DNA of 64,000 nucleotides, taken from assembly GCA_013265495.1 (NCBI GenBank), contig MU057416.1, positions 738,545-802,544 of the forward strand, read 5' to 3'. This document shows, one piece after another, positions 25,900 through 38,054 of this stretch. Origin of the DNA: Vicugna vicugna (lineage: Eukaryota). A program made the position numbers and the translations under genes. The number at the start of each line of letters is the position of its first letter. Within the stretch, counting starts at the first letter, position 1. The notes under the pieces were generated by a model. That model was given only the letters and a program-made list of their open reading frames with translations. It searched no databases and had not been told where the DNA came from.

Positions 25900-25995
25900 T
25901 GTGTGTGTGTGTGTGTATGCACGTGTGTGTACATGCATGAGTGCATGCATGCATGTGCGAGAGAGAGCGAGAAAGAAACGGCTAGAGAGAAAAAA
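25900..25995. repeat. Compound (TG)n/(TGCA)n/(GA)n microsatellite
   Basis: Visible directly in the sequence. Confidence 0.8.
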
Positions 25996-26210
25996 GACTA
26001 AAACCAGAGGCACCAAGATAGAACCTGGAACTTCTGGGTCTATAAAGCTTTGAACTTTGGCAAAAAGTTTTAATGTCACTTTCTAAACCATTATCCCTGT
26101 TTTCTGGTGCAAAATGCATTTTAAGATCTAGCCATTTTCCCAGCATTCCAAGGACAGATGAGTTTTTTTTTTTAAAGAATGTTTTCTTTACTAAAAAGCA
26201 AACAACATAC

Positions 26211-26320
26211 TCTGTATTTGTGGAGTCTCCATTTTTGAAATACTGAGGTTAGGACTATTCCTGGTTTTTGACCTTTCTTCCTGCCTTTGGCTCAGTGGTT
26301 CTCCGAGTTTAGCTTTTCCT
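26211..26320 (-). pseudogene. Exon, 110 nt, phase 2 to 1
   Basis: Acceptor 'ctatttagctctag|A', donor 'AGA|gtatgt'. Open frame (R)GKAKLGEPLSQRQEERSKTRNSPNLSISKMETPQIQ. Confidence 0.7.
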
Positions 26321-27299
26321 CTAGAGCTAAATAGTGTAACCCTTCTGATGATTTTATGTGTGCAAAAACAAAGGAACGACACCAAGCAAATGTTTCTCCT
26401 AACCTGGGGAGGTTGTGGAAGCCTTCTCTGGCATCAGTATCTTCAGAAGTCGGCCTTTTCCGACCCCCCAAACAGGGTGGCATTTAAACACTGAATGCGC
26501 ATTAGTGTTCATTAAAATTAGTAACAGAAAACCCAGAGCTTTGGAAGTCCGCTCAGGGCTGAACTCAACACCAGGAGCTTAACAAGCAGATACCAGAGAA
26601 TGTAGTTTTAGGCCCAAGAGACGTCTTGTAGGTGAGTAAATACTCCCTCTGGTTCAAAGATACCCTCTTAAATTTAAATTTTAGGCTACATAAAGTTGTA
26701 TTTGTGTATTTCCCTTGGCATCAAACAAATATAAGCATACACTTCTGTAACTTTTTTAAAAGATGTGTTAGAAGTAGTAAGCGCTGATTTCAGCAAACGA
26801 AGCCAGCGGCCCAAGTCCGTTTCCCGCTCACTGGGTGAGATGAGGGGCGGCTTCTCCTCACTTAACAAACACGTGAGGCGCTGTCTGCTCCCCGGGGGCC
26901 TCTCTCGCTGCTCTGGAGGGTGACAGGCTGCTACCAAGAGGGAAGCGGGCCTCGGGGATGGGAAGTTGGTGACTGCACCAGATCCACAGTCACTGAACGA
27001 TAGGGCAGGAATTAAACCCAAAGGCCTAAGAAGTCTCCGATACCTTTTGAGGTGCCCTGCCCTGCTCAGGAAGTTCTTCCCTCTGTTTTCTTAAATTATT
27101 GAGCAAATACCCGTTGCATCTTCCCATTAAAAAGTGAGTGATTTTGGCAAGTCATGCTGGAACACAGGGGTTATAATTCTTTCCAATTCTTTCAGTTTTG
27201 GAATTACCTTTAGGCTATTTTTTGTTTCAAATCATAAATATTTGTTGAGTGCCTGCTCTTTTTGACGCTGAGGGGACACTAGCAAATAAAATGGATCAA

Positions 27300-28095
27300 A
27301 GAGAGGAGGTGTGGCCGGGATGGCAGAGGAGGAGGGCCCTGAGCCCACCCCCTGCCACAGGCACACCAGAACTACAGCTGTCTACAGAGCAGCTGTCAGT
27401 GGGAGTGACACGACGACTCGCAGACAGGACCTTCCGCACTGAAGACATAAAGAAGGAGCCACAAGGAGATGGGTAGCAGGCGCTCACACCCCTGGGTGAC
27501 CCGCAGGTGACAGGCTAGTGACAATCACAGGGGATCTGCCCAAGGGGTGGAGATCTGAGCCCCACCTCGGGCCCCCCAGCCTGGGGCTCCTGCCCCAGGA
27601 AGACGAGCCCCCAGAACATCTGGCTTTGGGGCAGAAAGACTTGATCTGGGGAGAGCCAGAGGGCTGTGGGAGACAGGCTCCGCTCTGAGAGGCTGCACAT
27701 GCTCCCATGCGTCCTGGGACCCAGGCTAGGAGCAGTCATTTGAACAGACCCACTTATTCAGATCCGTTTGTGGACCTTAGCCTCCCAGAGAAGCAGGAGA
27801 AAACGGGGACTCACCTGGGGACACAGATGCTGGATGGACCAAGAGGGTATTACGCCTAGTGAACTAGGTCAGACAGAAAAACAAGTGCCATGTGATTCCC
27901 CTACATGTGGAATCTTAAAAACAAGTGAACAAACAGAACCAGAGCCACAGACACAGGCGGCTGCCGGGGGCGGGGGGAGGTTGGCGAGGAAAACCAGGTA
28001 AGGGAAGTTAAGAGGCACAAACTTCCAGTTGTTAAATACATTAGTCACAGGTCTGAAATGTGCAATGTGGGAACATAGTCAATCATCACCTGCTA
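27300..28095 (+). mobile_element. LINE-1 5'UTR fused directly to L1 3'UTR
   Basis: 27300-27830 is clearly homologous to 5452-5927 ('tctgagccccac.tcggg..ccccagcctgggg', 'ccccaga.cat.tggcttt'). It then switches to 3'UTR 'tggatggacc..gagggtattacgcctagtgaa..atgtggaatct'. Confidence 0.8.
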
Positions 28096-29974
28096 CCTTT
28101 CCATCCAAGATGAGACCGTCGCTGTGCAGGTGAGTTAGAGGTAAATGCCATGAGAGGGGCGTGCTGTGTCATCGTTCCTCAACAGTCTGACCACAGAACT
28201 CTTAACATGAAGCCATTATGACGGCTCGTTCGTGACATAGCCTTTGAGAAGCGCTGTTCTGGGGTCTCCACTTCCTGGTAACGCACAGCATCACCCTGAG
28301 CGAGCCCCGGCCCCAGCGTCAGCCCGCCTGCTGAGCAAGGAGCCGCGGTCAAGTCCCCAGCCCGCTCCCTCAGTCCCGTGGGCTGCAGCTGGCTTTCCCG
28401 CACACGCGGTACCTGGTACAAGCAGGAACTTCAGAGACGAGGAATCAGTGGCGGATCGGTTCACTCACTTGTCCAGTCTTCACACCTGAACTGATGACAG
28501 CTATTTTTTACTCTGTCGTTCTCTGAAGTAAATATATTCAGGATAAAGATAGGAATTGAAGTCTAAAACAGGAGACAGTGTGACACCGGGTGCCCTACTG
28601 GCACTCTCCATCCATCTCCTTAGTGAGTTCTCTTTCCTATTTTTAATTTTGTCTAAAAGAGGAAGTTCTCCTATTTTTCAACAATGAGGCTCCATCTCCT
28701 TTAACCAAGAGACATTTATTTGCTTTCATGTAATTTTCCTGATCTTTGCAACATTTAAGCCATGCTTAGTTCAGTATTTCCCCCTCTTAAAGTAATGCTA
28801 CCAAAATATATATTTACTGATACGGAAAATAAGGACAATATGGCCAAAATCATAGGCACCATTCTGTCCAGTGCAGACATGGAGCAATGCGTCAGTGACA
28901 CACTTGTTTGCAGCCAAACTGAGTAACAGAGGGCTCAAAGGCCTTATTTTAGGTCAAACAGAAGTCCGTAAATGGATGCCTGACTTAAAGGGAGTGTTGT
29001 GATATATAATACACATGCTGAGGAATTCACCCTGTGTCCTGCTAGAGCAACACCCGAGTTCCCAACAGCAACCAACCAGAGAGCCAGAACAGCAAATGAT
29101 GACATGTAGTAGTAAAGTGAGGCTGAGGATGGGTGTTCAAGTAGGTCATTTGCTTCTCTGCTTTTGAATTCTGTATGTGACTCTGATTCAGGACAGCGGA
29201 GCCAGAACATAACTTGATTTCAAGGAAGCTGTGCCCCACAGGGAGAGAAAAGGGAGGGCGTTTGAGGGGGGCAACCCTTGGGAGTGTGTCGAGAGCGCCC
29301 CTGGGAGCCAGCAGGCTGTTCAGTGGTGACACGGAGAGTTCAGGCAGCACTGTGAGAACCTGGGGCACTGGCTGCCATTCTAAGCTCTTGGGATCCTTAA
29401 GGGACACTGAGTATGACAAAACTAAAGTCCATTTGTAAAGTGAGAAGTTTAGGATCCATTTGGCTTTGTAATGCTTCTTAAAGTGTAAAAGCCAAGCTTC
29501 TAATACATACATAGCAACCCAGTGGTTACCCATTATCGACTCTATTGTATTTTGTTGCCATTTTGCATTTTAATATTTTAGTTTTATTCATACATTTAGT
29601 CTGTTGAATTACAGACATTTAACATCTTAGAAGCAAACGGATGGAATCCAGGTCTGCTTGCCAGCCTGTGAAAGCAGGAAACACCCTGCAGAGAAAGTCT
29701 ATCAACACAGATCTGTGTCTTCTCCTTCACATCCATGACTAGAACACTGGTATCAGTATTACAGACACCTTCACAGCAGTATCTGCTTAGCGAGTTTCAA
29801 TTATACCTGGAAATTCTACCAGAAGATCTTCAGGGGGAAGGTGCTGACAACTGTCTCTTACGAGGAATCTCTAACAAAAGCAAAACTTTGTAAGACGAAA
29901 GGCAGTTTGAGTCACTAACTTTCTCATGGATTTGTTTTTTGTCTGGTTTATGTGAATTTAAAAACTGTATATAT

Positions 29975-32800
29975 ATGCTTAACAGAATCACGGCCCTCTA
30001 AAGATGGCCATGTCCTTGCTCCCCGGAAGTTGTAACTGGGGTGTGTTCCATGGCAAAGGGGAGCGGAGCTGAGGTAGCAGGTGGATTAAGGTTGCTGATC
30101 CGCTGAGTCTGACACAGGTTGATTATACTGGATTACCCACCAGCGCCCGGTGTAGCCACAGGGGTCCTTAAATGTGGAAGAGAGGCAGATAACGAGGTCA
30201 GAGTGATGAGATGTGAGGACTCACCCTACTGTTGCTGGCTTTAAAGATGAAGAAGGGGGGTCGAGGACACCCTCTAGAAGCTGGAAAGGGACAAGTCAAC
30301 GAATTCCCCCTTAGGTCTCCAGAATGAAATGCAACCCTGCAGACCCCTTAACGTTAGCCTCACGAGACCTGTGTCCGTCTTCTGACCAGGATTGCACGAT
30401 AATAAATGTGTGTGTTTTTAATTGAAGTATAATTGACAGAAAAAGTTACGTTAGTTTCAGGTGTACAACCTATAATCTCCACGTTTATACGAGATGGTCA
30501 CCATGATGAGTCTGGAGCCCATCTGTCACCATTTAAGGTTATTACTGAATTACTGACTGTCTTCCCTACTTCTGTGTATCACAGTCCCATGATTGATTTA
30601 TTTTATAACTGGAAGTTTGTGCCTTTAACCCTCTTCATCTGTTTTGCCCAGACCCACCCCCTCCTCTCTGACAACCACCAGTTTGTTCTCTGTATCTATG
30701 AATCTGTTCCCATTTGTTTTTGTTTTTTTAAATTGCACGTTAGTTGTACATGAAATTGTATGGTATTTGTCTTTCTCTGACTTATTTCATCTAGCATAAT
30801 ATCCTCTATGTCCGTCCATGTTGTTGCAAAAGGCAAGATTTCATCGTTTTTTATGGCCGATTTTATGGCTACTATCCCACTGTGTATGCGTGTGCGCGTA
30901 TCACACCTTCTCTGTCCCTTCCCCTGTCGGTGGGCGCTGCTTCCGTATCTTGGCTGTTGTAAATTACGCTGCAGTGAACACTGGAGCACCTACCTCTCTG
31001 CAGGTTAATGTTTTTGTTTTCTCCTTTGGGAGAACAAGCAGGAGTGGAGCTGCTGGATTGTATGGTAGTTCTGCGTGTATTTGGGGGGGACCTACATGCT
31101 GCTTCCACAGTGCCTGCACCAAGGTGCCCCCCACCAACAGCGCACCAGGGCGCCTTCTCTGCGTCCTCACTCACACTTGTCACTTGCTATCCTTTTGATA
31201 ACAGCCACTCTGGCAAGTGGGAGGTGATACCTCTTTTTGGTTTTGACTTGCATTTTCCTGATTAGTGATTTGTGATTTAATGACTTTCTCTAATATTATG
31301 TTTGAATTCCTTTCTCTTTATTTTGTATGAACTGTTACCGGGTGTTGGTTTACGGTTGCCCTGAGGTTCATGTAAGAACCTACATATAGACTAGTTTGTT
31401 TTAACTTGATGATCACTTAGGTTTCAACACATTCTAAAAACAGCATTTTCACTCCTCCCTCCCTGCGTTCCGTGGTTCTGATGTTACGCTCACACCACTA
31501 ATTCTGTGTGTCCCTTAGCTCATGACGGTGTCTCAGCTGGCTTTACTGCTTTTGTCTTACTTCTGATGATGGCTGCTGCTTTTCTGCTTGAGGGAGACCC
31601 GGTAGCACTTCCTGTGTGGCTGCCTCAGTGGCGCCGACATGCTTTGGGTCAGGCTGGTCTGGAGAACGCCTCAGACCCCCTTCAACTCTGTGGATAGCCC
31701 TTCTGGGCGGACTCCTCTTGGCTGTGAGGTTCTCCCCGCTTTCAGCGCTGTGAGTGTATTGTACCACGCCCTTCTGGTCTGTAAAGTTTCTGCTGAAAAG
31801 TCAGCCGATGGTCTTATTTGGGGGGGGGGTTACCTTGTACTTAACACGTTGTTTTTCTCTTGCTGCTATTAAGACTCCGTGTTTCCCTTTGAAATTTTAA
31901 TTATAATGTGTCTTACCGTGGGTCTCTCTAGACTAACCTCACTGGGGCTCTCCGTGCCTCCCGGCTTGGACGTCTGTCTCCTTCACCAGGTTAGGGAAGG
32001 TTCCAGCCGCTATTTCTTGTACTGAGTTTCCTGCCCTTGCCCTCCCTCCTAGGAGGCCTGTACTGAGGATGCTAGTGTACTTGGTGTTATTCCAGAGGTG
32101 CCTTCAACTGGCCTTTTCCTCCTCCTTTCTTTTCTTTCTGCGGTTCAGTTTGGTGACCTCCACCGCCCTTTCTTCCAGGTCACCCGTCCATCCTTCTGCT
32201 GGTGATTCCATCTAGTGTGTTTTTCACGTCAGTAATTGCATCCTTTAACTCTAACTGGTTCTTTTTTTACACTTTTTTCATCTCTTGAAGTCCTTACCAT
32301 GCTTATCCATTCTTCTCTTGAGCTCAGTGAGCATATTTATGATCATTATTTTGACCCTTTACTAGGAAGGTTATTTACCTCCATTTTGTCTAGTTCTTTT
32401 CCCTCTGGGATTGTGTCCAGTTCTTTTGTTTGGAACATACTCCTTTGTCACCTCCTTTTGCCTAACTCTCTGTGCTTGTTCCTATGTATTCAGTAAATTA
32501 GCTGTATCTCTCGGTCTTAGAGGAGTGGCAGCTTACGTAGAAGGTTTTCTGAGGGGCTCAGAAGCGCAGTCCACGTGGTCACCCAGTCAGGTGCTCGGGG
32601 GGTCCCCTGAGTGGGCTGCACGCACCCTCCTGTTGTGCTGCCGTGGCTGCAGCAGGTGCCCTGGTGGGCGGGCTTGTCCCCAGTGTGACTGGCTGTGAGG
32701 CCTGGCTGCCGTGTCTCTGGGCGCACTGCCGGGCAGTAAGTGTGGTTTTTAAGCCATTAACTTCGTAGTGCTTTGTTAACGGCAGCCACAGAAAACTAAC
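29975..32800 (+). mobile_element. MLT1 LTR (29975-30420 and 32735-32800) split by an L1 insertion
   Basis: MLT1 body ends 'aataaatgtgtgtgttttta' and resumes 'taagtgtggtttttaagccattaac..gcagccacagaaaactaac'. Confidence 0.8.
30415..32730 (-). mobile_element. Internally deleted LINE-1 nested in MLT1
   Basis: 3'UTR/ORF2 end at 30415-31270 (..ELPYNPAAPLL.., KNDEILPFATTW) abuts spacer/ORF1/5'UTR-like sequence at 31270-32730. Confidence 0.75.
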
Positions 32801-32963
32801 GTGATGCCTGATGATCAAAATGACACTGATGAGAACTGTTAAGTAGAAGCCTGCCGTGGAGTTTTGCTTCATGAATAGAGATGCATATTTTATAAAGAAT
32901 GAAGCATTTCTTCATAGTTAAGTCCTATTTTTGTAAGTTACAATCAAACGATCATATACAGAC

Positions 32964-33061
32964 CTTTGACTTTTTAATTTAAAAGTTCTATGCTCGCTGT
33001 AGTTCAACGCTCTTCTCTGGTTCATAGAAGGTGAAATTTCCAATCTTATGTTCTCTTGGTA
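32964..33061 (-). pseudogene. Exon, 98 nt, phase 0 to 2
   Basis: Acceptor 'gtttattttactag|TAC', donor 'AAG|gtctgt'. Open frame YQENIRLEISPSMNQRRALNYSEHRTFKLKSQ(R), in phase with 26320. Confidence 0.65.
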
Positions 33062-33604
33062 CTAGTAAAATAAACAACAGTGTCCAGATAAAGGCTTGTA
33101 CCCCGTCCTGACGATGTCAGCTTCTGCTTGCTCTTTCTGGAGCTAGCTCGCCTGCCACCCCAGGAGTAGGAGACGAGGCAAGGGAAGCTTAGCCACGCTA
33201 TAGCTGAGACAGTCATCCAGTTTCTGAACTTTCATTCTGTTTCTTAAAACAGCAGGCAAAGATGGGCTTCTTTAGTTATACTTTTTAATCTCATAGCTTC
33301 AAAAATCATAATTACCTAAGAAGTCCTATTTTGAACCCAAAACTGACTTCGGGATCCCCTGAGGGGTCCCTTACATACTGAGAATTGAGTTTTTGGGTGC
33401 TGTACTCACTAACAGATTTACTAACAAACGAACTGAGAACGTGCTGGCTGACAGACGGCATGTTTCCTTCTCTGCTTTTCATCCTGCTTCCTCTGAGACG
33501 CAGAAGCTTGGGCCGTCATCTCCAGGCCTTGGGTACAGTCCTCGTGCCGGGAGGGGGAAGCCCCAGGAAAGAGGCTGTGTCAGCAGTTCCTCATGCACTC
33601 TTAC

Positions 33605-33639
33605 TTCCGGTGATTTGTAAGTTTGCCATAAAAAATCTA
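33605..33639 (-). pseudogene. Exon, 35 nt, phase 1 to 0
   Basis: Acceptor 'tttcaacctacag|TA', donor 'GAA|gtaaga'. Frame (I)DFLWQTYKSPE. Confidence 0.5.
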
Positions 33640-35064
33640 CTGTAGGTTGAAACTTGACATGCCAAAGCCTTGGTCTGGGAGCAATTTTATTTGTTTTCAA
33701 TTTGCAGAAAAGCATCTCAGTGGATTGAATTTCTAGAAGCATCAGAAGTGAAGTGTTTCAAAGCTGTCTTGTGTTTTCTTATAATAAGACGCCTTTCTTC
33801 TCTTAATTACAGAAAACAGGGATGATGCTGTCGGTGTGGCGCCCTCCCACCCAGAAAGGGCCGGAGGTGGGCTCATTTACTGGGTCACCAGCGGCCATGA
33901 AAACACTCATTGCTAGTCTCTTAGTTAAAATAATGATTAAGTGACATGAAGCTGCACTTTACAAAGAAAGTCATTTAGAGTAAACCCTCCCCTAACAAGA
34001 CCATTCAGAATCCGAGCTGATGATCTGTGGGGCCAAATGAAAACAGAGTCTAAAATGAAACACAACAATGTCCCTGACTTGAGCTAAATGAAAAGGGGCA
34101 AAGGCCAAACTGAGTTAGTCTGAACTTGCAGTCTTTTTAAAGACGTGAACATCATTAAGAGGGTGGAATTAAATCTCAAAATAGGCAAGACGATGAAGAC
34201 ATAGTTTTCAAGGAATTCAAGGCTCTGGGCCCACACAGCTGACCCACCAGGGCGCTGGAAAAGCCTGCAGCTGGGAACTGCAAAGCCGCTGCTTGTTTCC
34301 GAGGAAATGTGGAAGGTGGTGGAGCTGCTGGGAGACTTGGAAAGGACCAGCGTCGTGCGGTCCTCAGAAAACAAATAGATGGGTTTAGAAAATGACACAC
34401 CAGGAGCAGGTTGTCTGTCTTCAGCAATATTACAGAAAAAAATGGCAGAGATTTGCGTGACCTTAGAAAATAGCCAAAGGAAAGCTGTGCTCGCTAGGAG
34501 GCAGTGTGAACAGCCCACCTGCACCTCCGCTCAGCCGGCCGGGTCCTCGGCACTTCCGCACCGCCTCCCCCGGGCTCCCACCCTCCTCCGCCTCCAGGCT
34601 CAAGGCCAGGCCCCCTCCTTCCCTATATGCAGGCCAGACAGACTGGAAAACACTTTGAGGATTATGGGCTCCAGGGTCTCAGAGGACCTTTTTTTAGAAC
34701 GTTTTAGGACAGTTCTCTATTCTTTTTGTGAAAACCTCAAGGCCAGAGTTCCTGCACCTCAGAGATCTGTGTTACGGGCATTTGAAAACGCTATTGTTTG
34801 CTAACTGCTCCTCAGGCCCGTTTGAGGCCTCCCTGGGTTTAGTTACAATCGACTTTTATTCTTCCTCTTGTGATTCTTTGTGGACCGAAGGGACCAGGGA
34901 GTCCACATTCCCCTGGTGATAAGGACCCTCGTCTGTGAGGACAGAACGGTGCCCTCTGCCAGGCGCTCATTTCTGTTCCGTCCTTGACCCTCTGTGATCT
35001 TGCTTCTACTCCCGTCATTCTGCTGGGACTACTTTCTCGGCCGTCACTCGTGACTTTATTTTTA

Positions 35065-35300
35065 ACGTGTTTATTTTTTATGGAAGAACAGTTGATTTAC
35101 AATGTTTAAGATGTACAGCAAAGTGATTCAGTTGTGTGTGTGTGTGTGTATGCTTTTTCAGATCCCTTTCCATTATAGGTTATTAGAAACTCTTGAACAT
35201 AGTTCCCTGTGCTGTACAGTAGGTCCTTGTTGTTTATTTTATAGAGAGTGGTGTGTATCTGTTAATGCCAAATTCTTAATTTATCCTTCCCCCCAACCTA
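35065..35300 (-). mobile_element. LINE-1 3' end fragment
   Basis: 'tttttatggaagaacagttgatttacaatg..cattataggttatta..agttccctgtgctgtacagtaggtccttg'. Confidence 0.85.
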
Positions 35301-35774
35301 TGACTTCATTATTGCCATATCTGGTGCATTTTCCTTCTTAACTTTTACTTTGACTTTCCTGTGACATTTGACACACGCTTGAAATAGTCATTAGCAAGTG
35401 TTTATCCTAGACAGTTAACTTCAAATTGTAACCTCTGCGAAGGTGGGGACTACATCTATTTTTTCACCAGTGTACACCCAGTAACTTACTTCAACGCCTG
35501 GCAAAGTCTGAGCAGTAATTGCTTAATAAATAAAACAGTCTTGACACACGCTTCTGCTCCAGGACTTCCCACACTTCTCAGCTGAACAACCCTAAGTTAC
35601 GTACTAAAATTTTAACGAATGATGTCTTGTTCCTTCCCAACCCAACTTCTCTTCCTCAATTTACCATCTCATCCAGGGACGTGAGTGCACAGTCTGTAAG
35701 ATGTGACTAGTACTTAATTCAGGATAAATCAGCTTGACCTTCATCCACATTCTTTCCCTTAAACCAAATCTTAC

Positions 35775-35836
35775 TGATACTTTACTACATTCCCTTCTTC
35801 TTGGGTTTTATGGATTTTAGATCCATGGTTTCTATT
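35775..35836 (-). pseudogene. Exon, 62 nt
   Basis: Acceptor 'atttttatccttgtag|A', donor 'TCA|gtaaga'. Phase 2 to 1 reads IETMDLKSIKPKKKGM**SI; phase 0 reads open NRNHGSKIHKTQEEGNVVKY. Confidence 0.55.
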
Positions 35837-38054
35837 CTACAAGGATAAAAATCTATCCATTTATGAATAAATTTAAAAATTAAATAGAAGTGAATCAGAC
35901 AAAATTTTGACCACTTTAACTGTAGAATGAAATAATCAAAATAAAACCAGCAAAAATCAAAACAAAACAAAAAAGTTCTGTCATCCACTTTTGTCAATTT
36001 TCATTTTAAAAAAAACCCTAAGCCAGCCTGACCGCTCACAGCTGTCGGTTCTTCTGGTAAATGTCGGCTGCCTGTGACAACTGGAAGGAAGTGGGGGCTG
36101 TGTGCCTCCTTCCCCAGACCCTCACCACCTGCTGTGACTTACGGATCAAAAGTCTAAAGACAAATTGGCTATGAATGCAAAGGTGTATTAGCAAATAGGC
36201 ACCGACAAGAGGGCAAGTCCAGCTGCAGGAGTGGAGAAGCCCTTCGCCCTCCGGCCCTTCACACATTCTGATGAGCACTTAGCAAGGAAGGTCACGCAAG
36301 GTGGAAGCGACAGGAGGCTTTTGGCAGGACCGGTGGACCTTGTCCGTCCTCTCCTAGAGGGAAGGACCCGGAACCAGCTTTCTCTAAAGGCACTAGCTTG
36401 TTGAACTTGCTGTTCTCAAATTTCATTCATGCAAAGATGTAAATCCCTACACAGCCTTCCCAGCCAGTGACACGCCTTGAATACTGCCCAGGTCACCAGT
36501 TACTTCCAGTATCCTTCATCGAATTAACAGGCCCTCTAGTTCAGTCACTCAGATGTAAAGCAGTTGCCCTAGACCGCTCTGTGGATGGACTCTTGACTGC
36601 CAGGTGCAAACCAAGCCCCTTGCGGAGCAGAGTCTGGGTCAGGGCACTTCATACGCTCGCTAACAACGTCTGCAGGTCCCCTGCGGGGTGTAGATTAGAG
36701 AAAACTCATGCATCTGCACACGCTGTTTCTATGAACTATTTTAAAGAGAAACAACAGACCATCGTGCTGAAGAAGTTTAAAAATGTTGTAAGATTACCAT
36801 ATAATTTATTAAAACCAGGATACTTTAAAATGCGACAACAAATAGTAACGTGAAAGATTCCAGGAAATTGTGTCGGGTCATTCTACATATAATGGATAGT
36901 TCTTTAAATAACATTAATTTAGCTTTATAAGAAAATGTAATATTTTCACCGTGTATCTTATTTTGGTGAGGATTAGTGGTTCTTCCTGCCCCATAAACTA
37001 TTGCCAGCTATTGAGGGTTATCCTTTTTGAATGAGTTACAATTGACTGACCAGCAACATGCACGATGAAAAGAGATGTAGTTTTGTTTGTTCTTATTTTT
37101 GTTGTCTTGATTGTTCTTTCTTAAGTTTAATCCTCTGGCGAGTCGCTGGCAGCTTTGCCCCCTATCGCTTTGGAAAATTCACCTGAGGGGGCTTTTTAGT
37201 TACAGTCTGTTTTGCCACAGTGCGTGTTTCTGCAGCGCGGACTGGCTAATAGGGCGCTTAAGTAAGCGACGCTGTCATTAGGGCGTAGAGGGCTCCCTGG
37301 GCCGTGTGATTCCCCGGCACACGGATGCTCTGTCCTACCAAGCGTCCGCCGTGCCGAGCTCCGCACCCGCACGGACGTGGTCCGGGCGCGCCCCAGCCCC
37401 CTCCCTCGTGGCTCAGCCAGGCCACATGCTCTGCCTGGGGTGCATTTTGCCCTCGTCTCTGACTCTGCAGCTGGGTCGTTCCCTCCAGTCCTTTTACCTT
37501 TGCTTTTCTCCCCAAAAGCAAAGTCCTCTATTTATGATACCTTTTAGGGTTTTAACATGTTTTCTTCTTTAACCAAGCTTTGAGCGTGTTTAGGATTGCT
37601 ACTGTTTATGTTCATGCTCTGAGTAAAACGTTTCAGAGGCTTTGACTGACTGATCTTCCTCAACGCTGTGTTTCCCTTAAACAATATTATTTTTAGTGTG
37701 AGCTTGTTTTAGAACATGAGTTTTTTGGGGGTGAGTATATTACATTAACAGGAACTCCTGCTACACCTATAGTAAAATAATAGTTAACTGCCTCTTGTTC
37801 TTGGAGAAAAGTGAGAGTTCAGTATTTACGCTGGTGCCACAGACTGGGGTGTCAGGAGATCTGCTGGGGGTGAAACAGGCCATGACTTCGAGTGTGCAGC
37901 ATAAAATGAGACGAGTGGTCGTCCTGGAAAAGAGATTTAAACTGGAACGTCGGTGTCCTCCACATGGAGTTTTAAGGCAGAATGACTGATTCAAGGAAAT
38001 GTGCCGTGAATTACTCTAAGGGCCTCACCTTTATGCCACGTTCAGACTATACTC

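Noticed and set aside
29615..29889. Plus-strand exon-like segment (acag|ACAT..TTT|gtaaga)
   Set aside because: All three frames contain stops and no partner exons were found.
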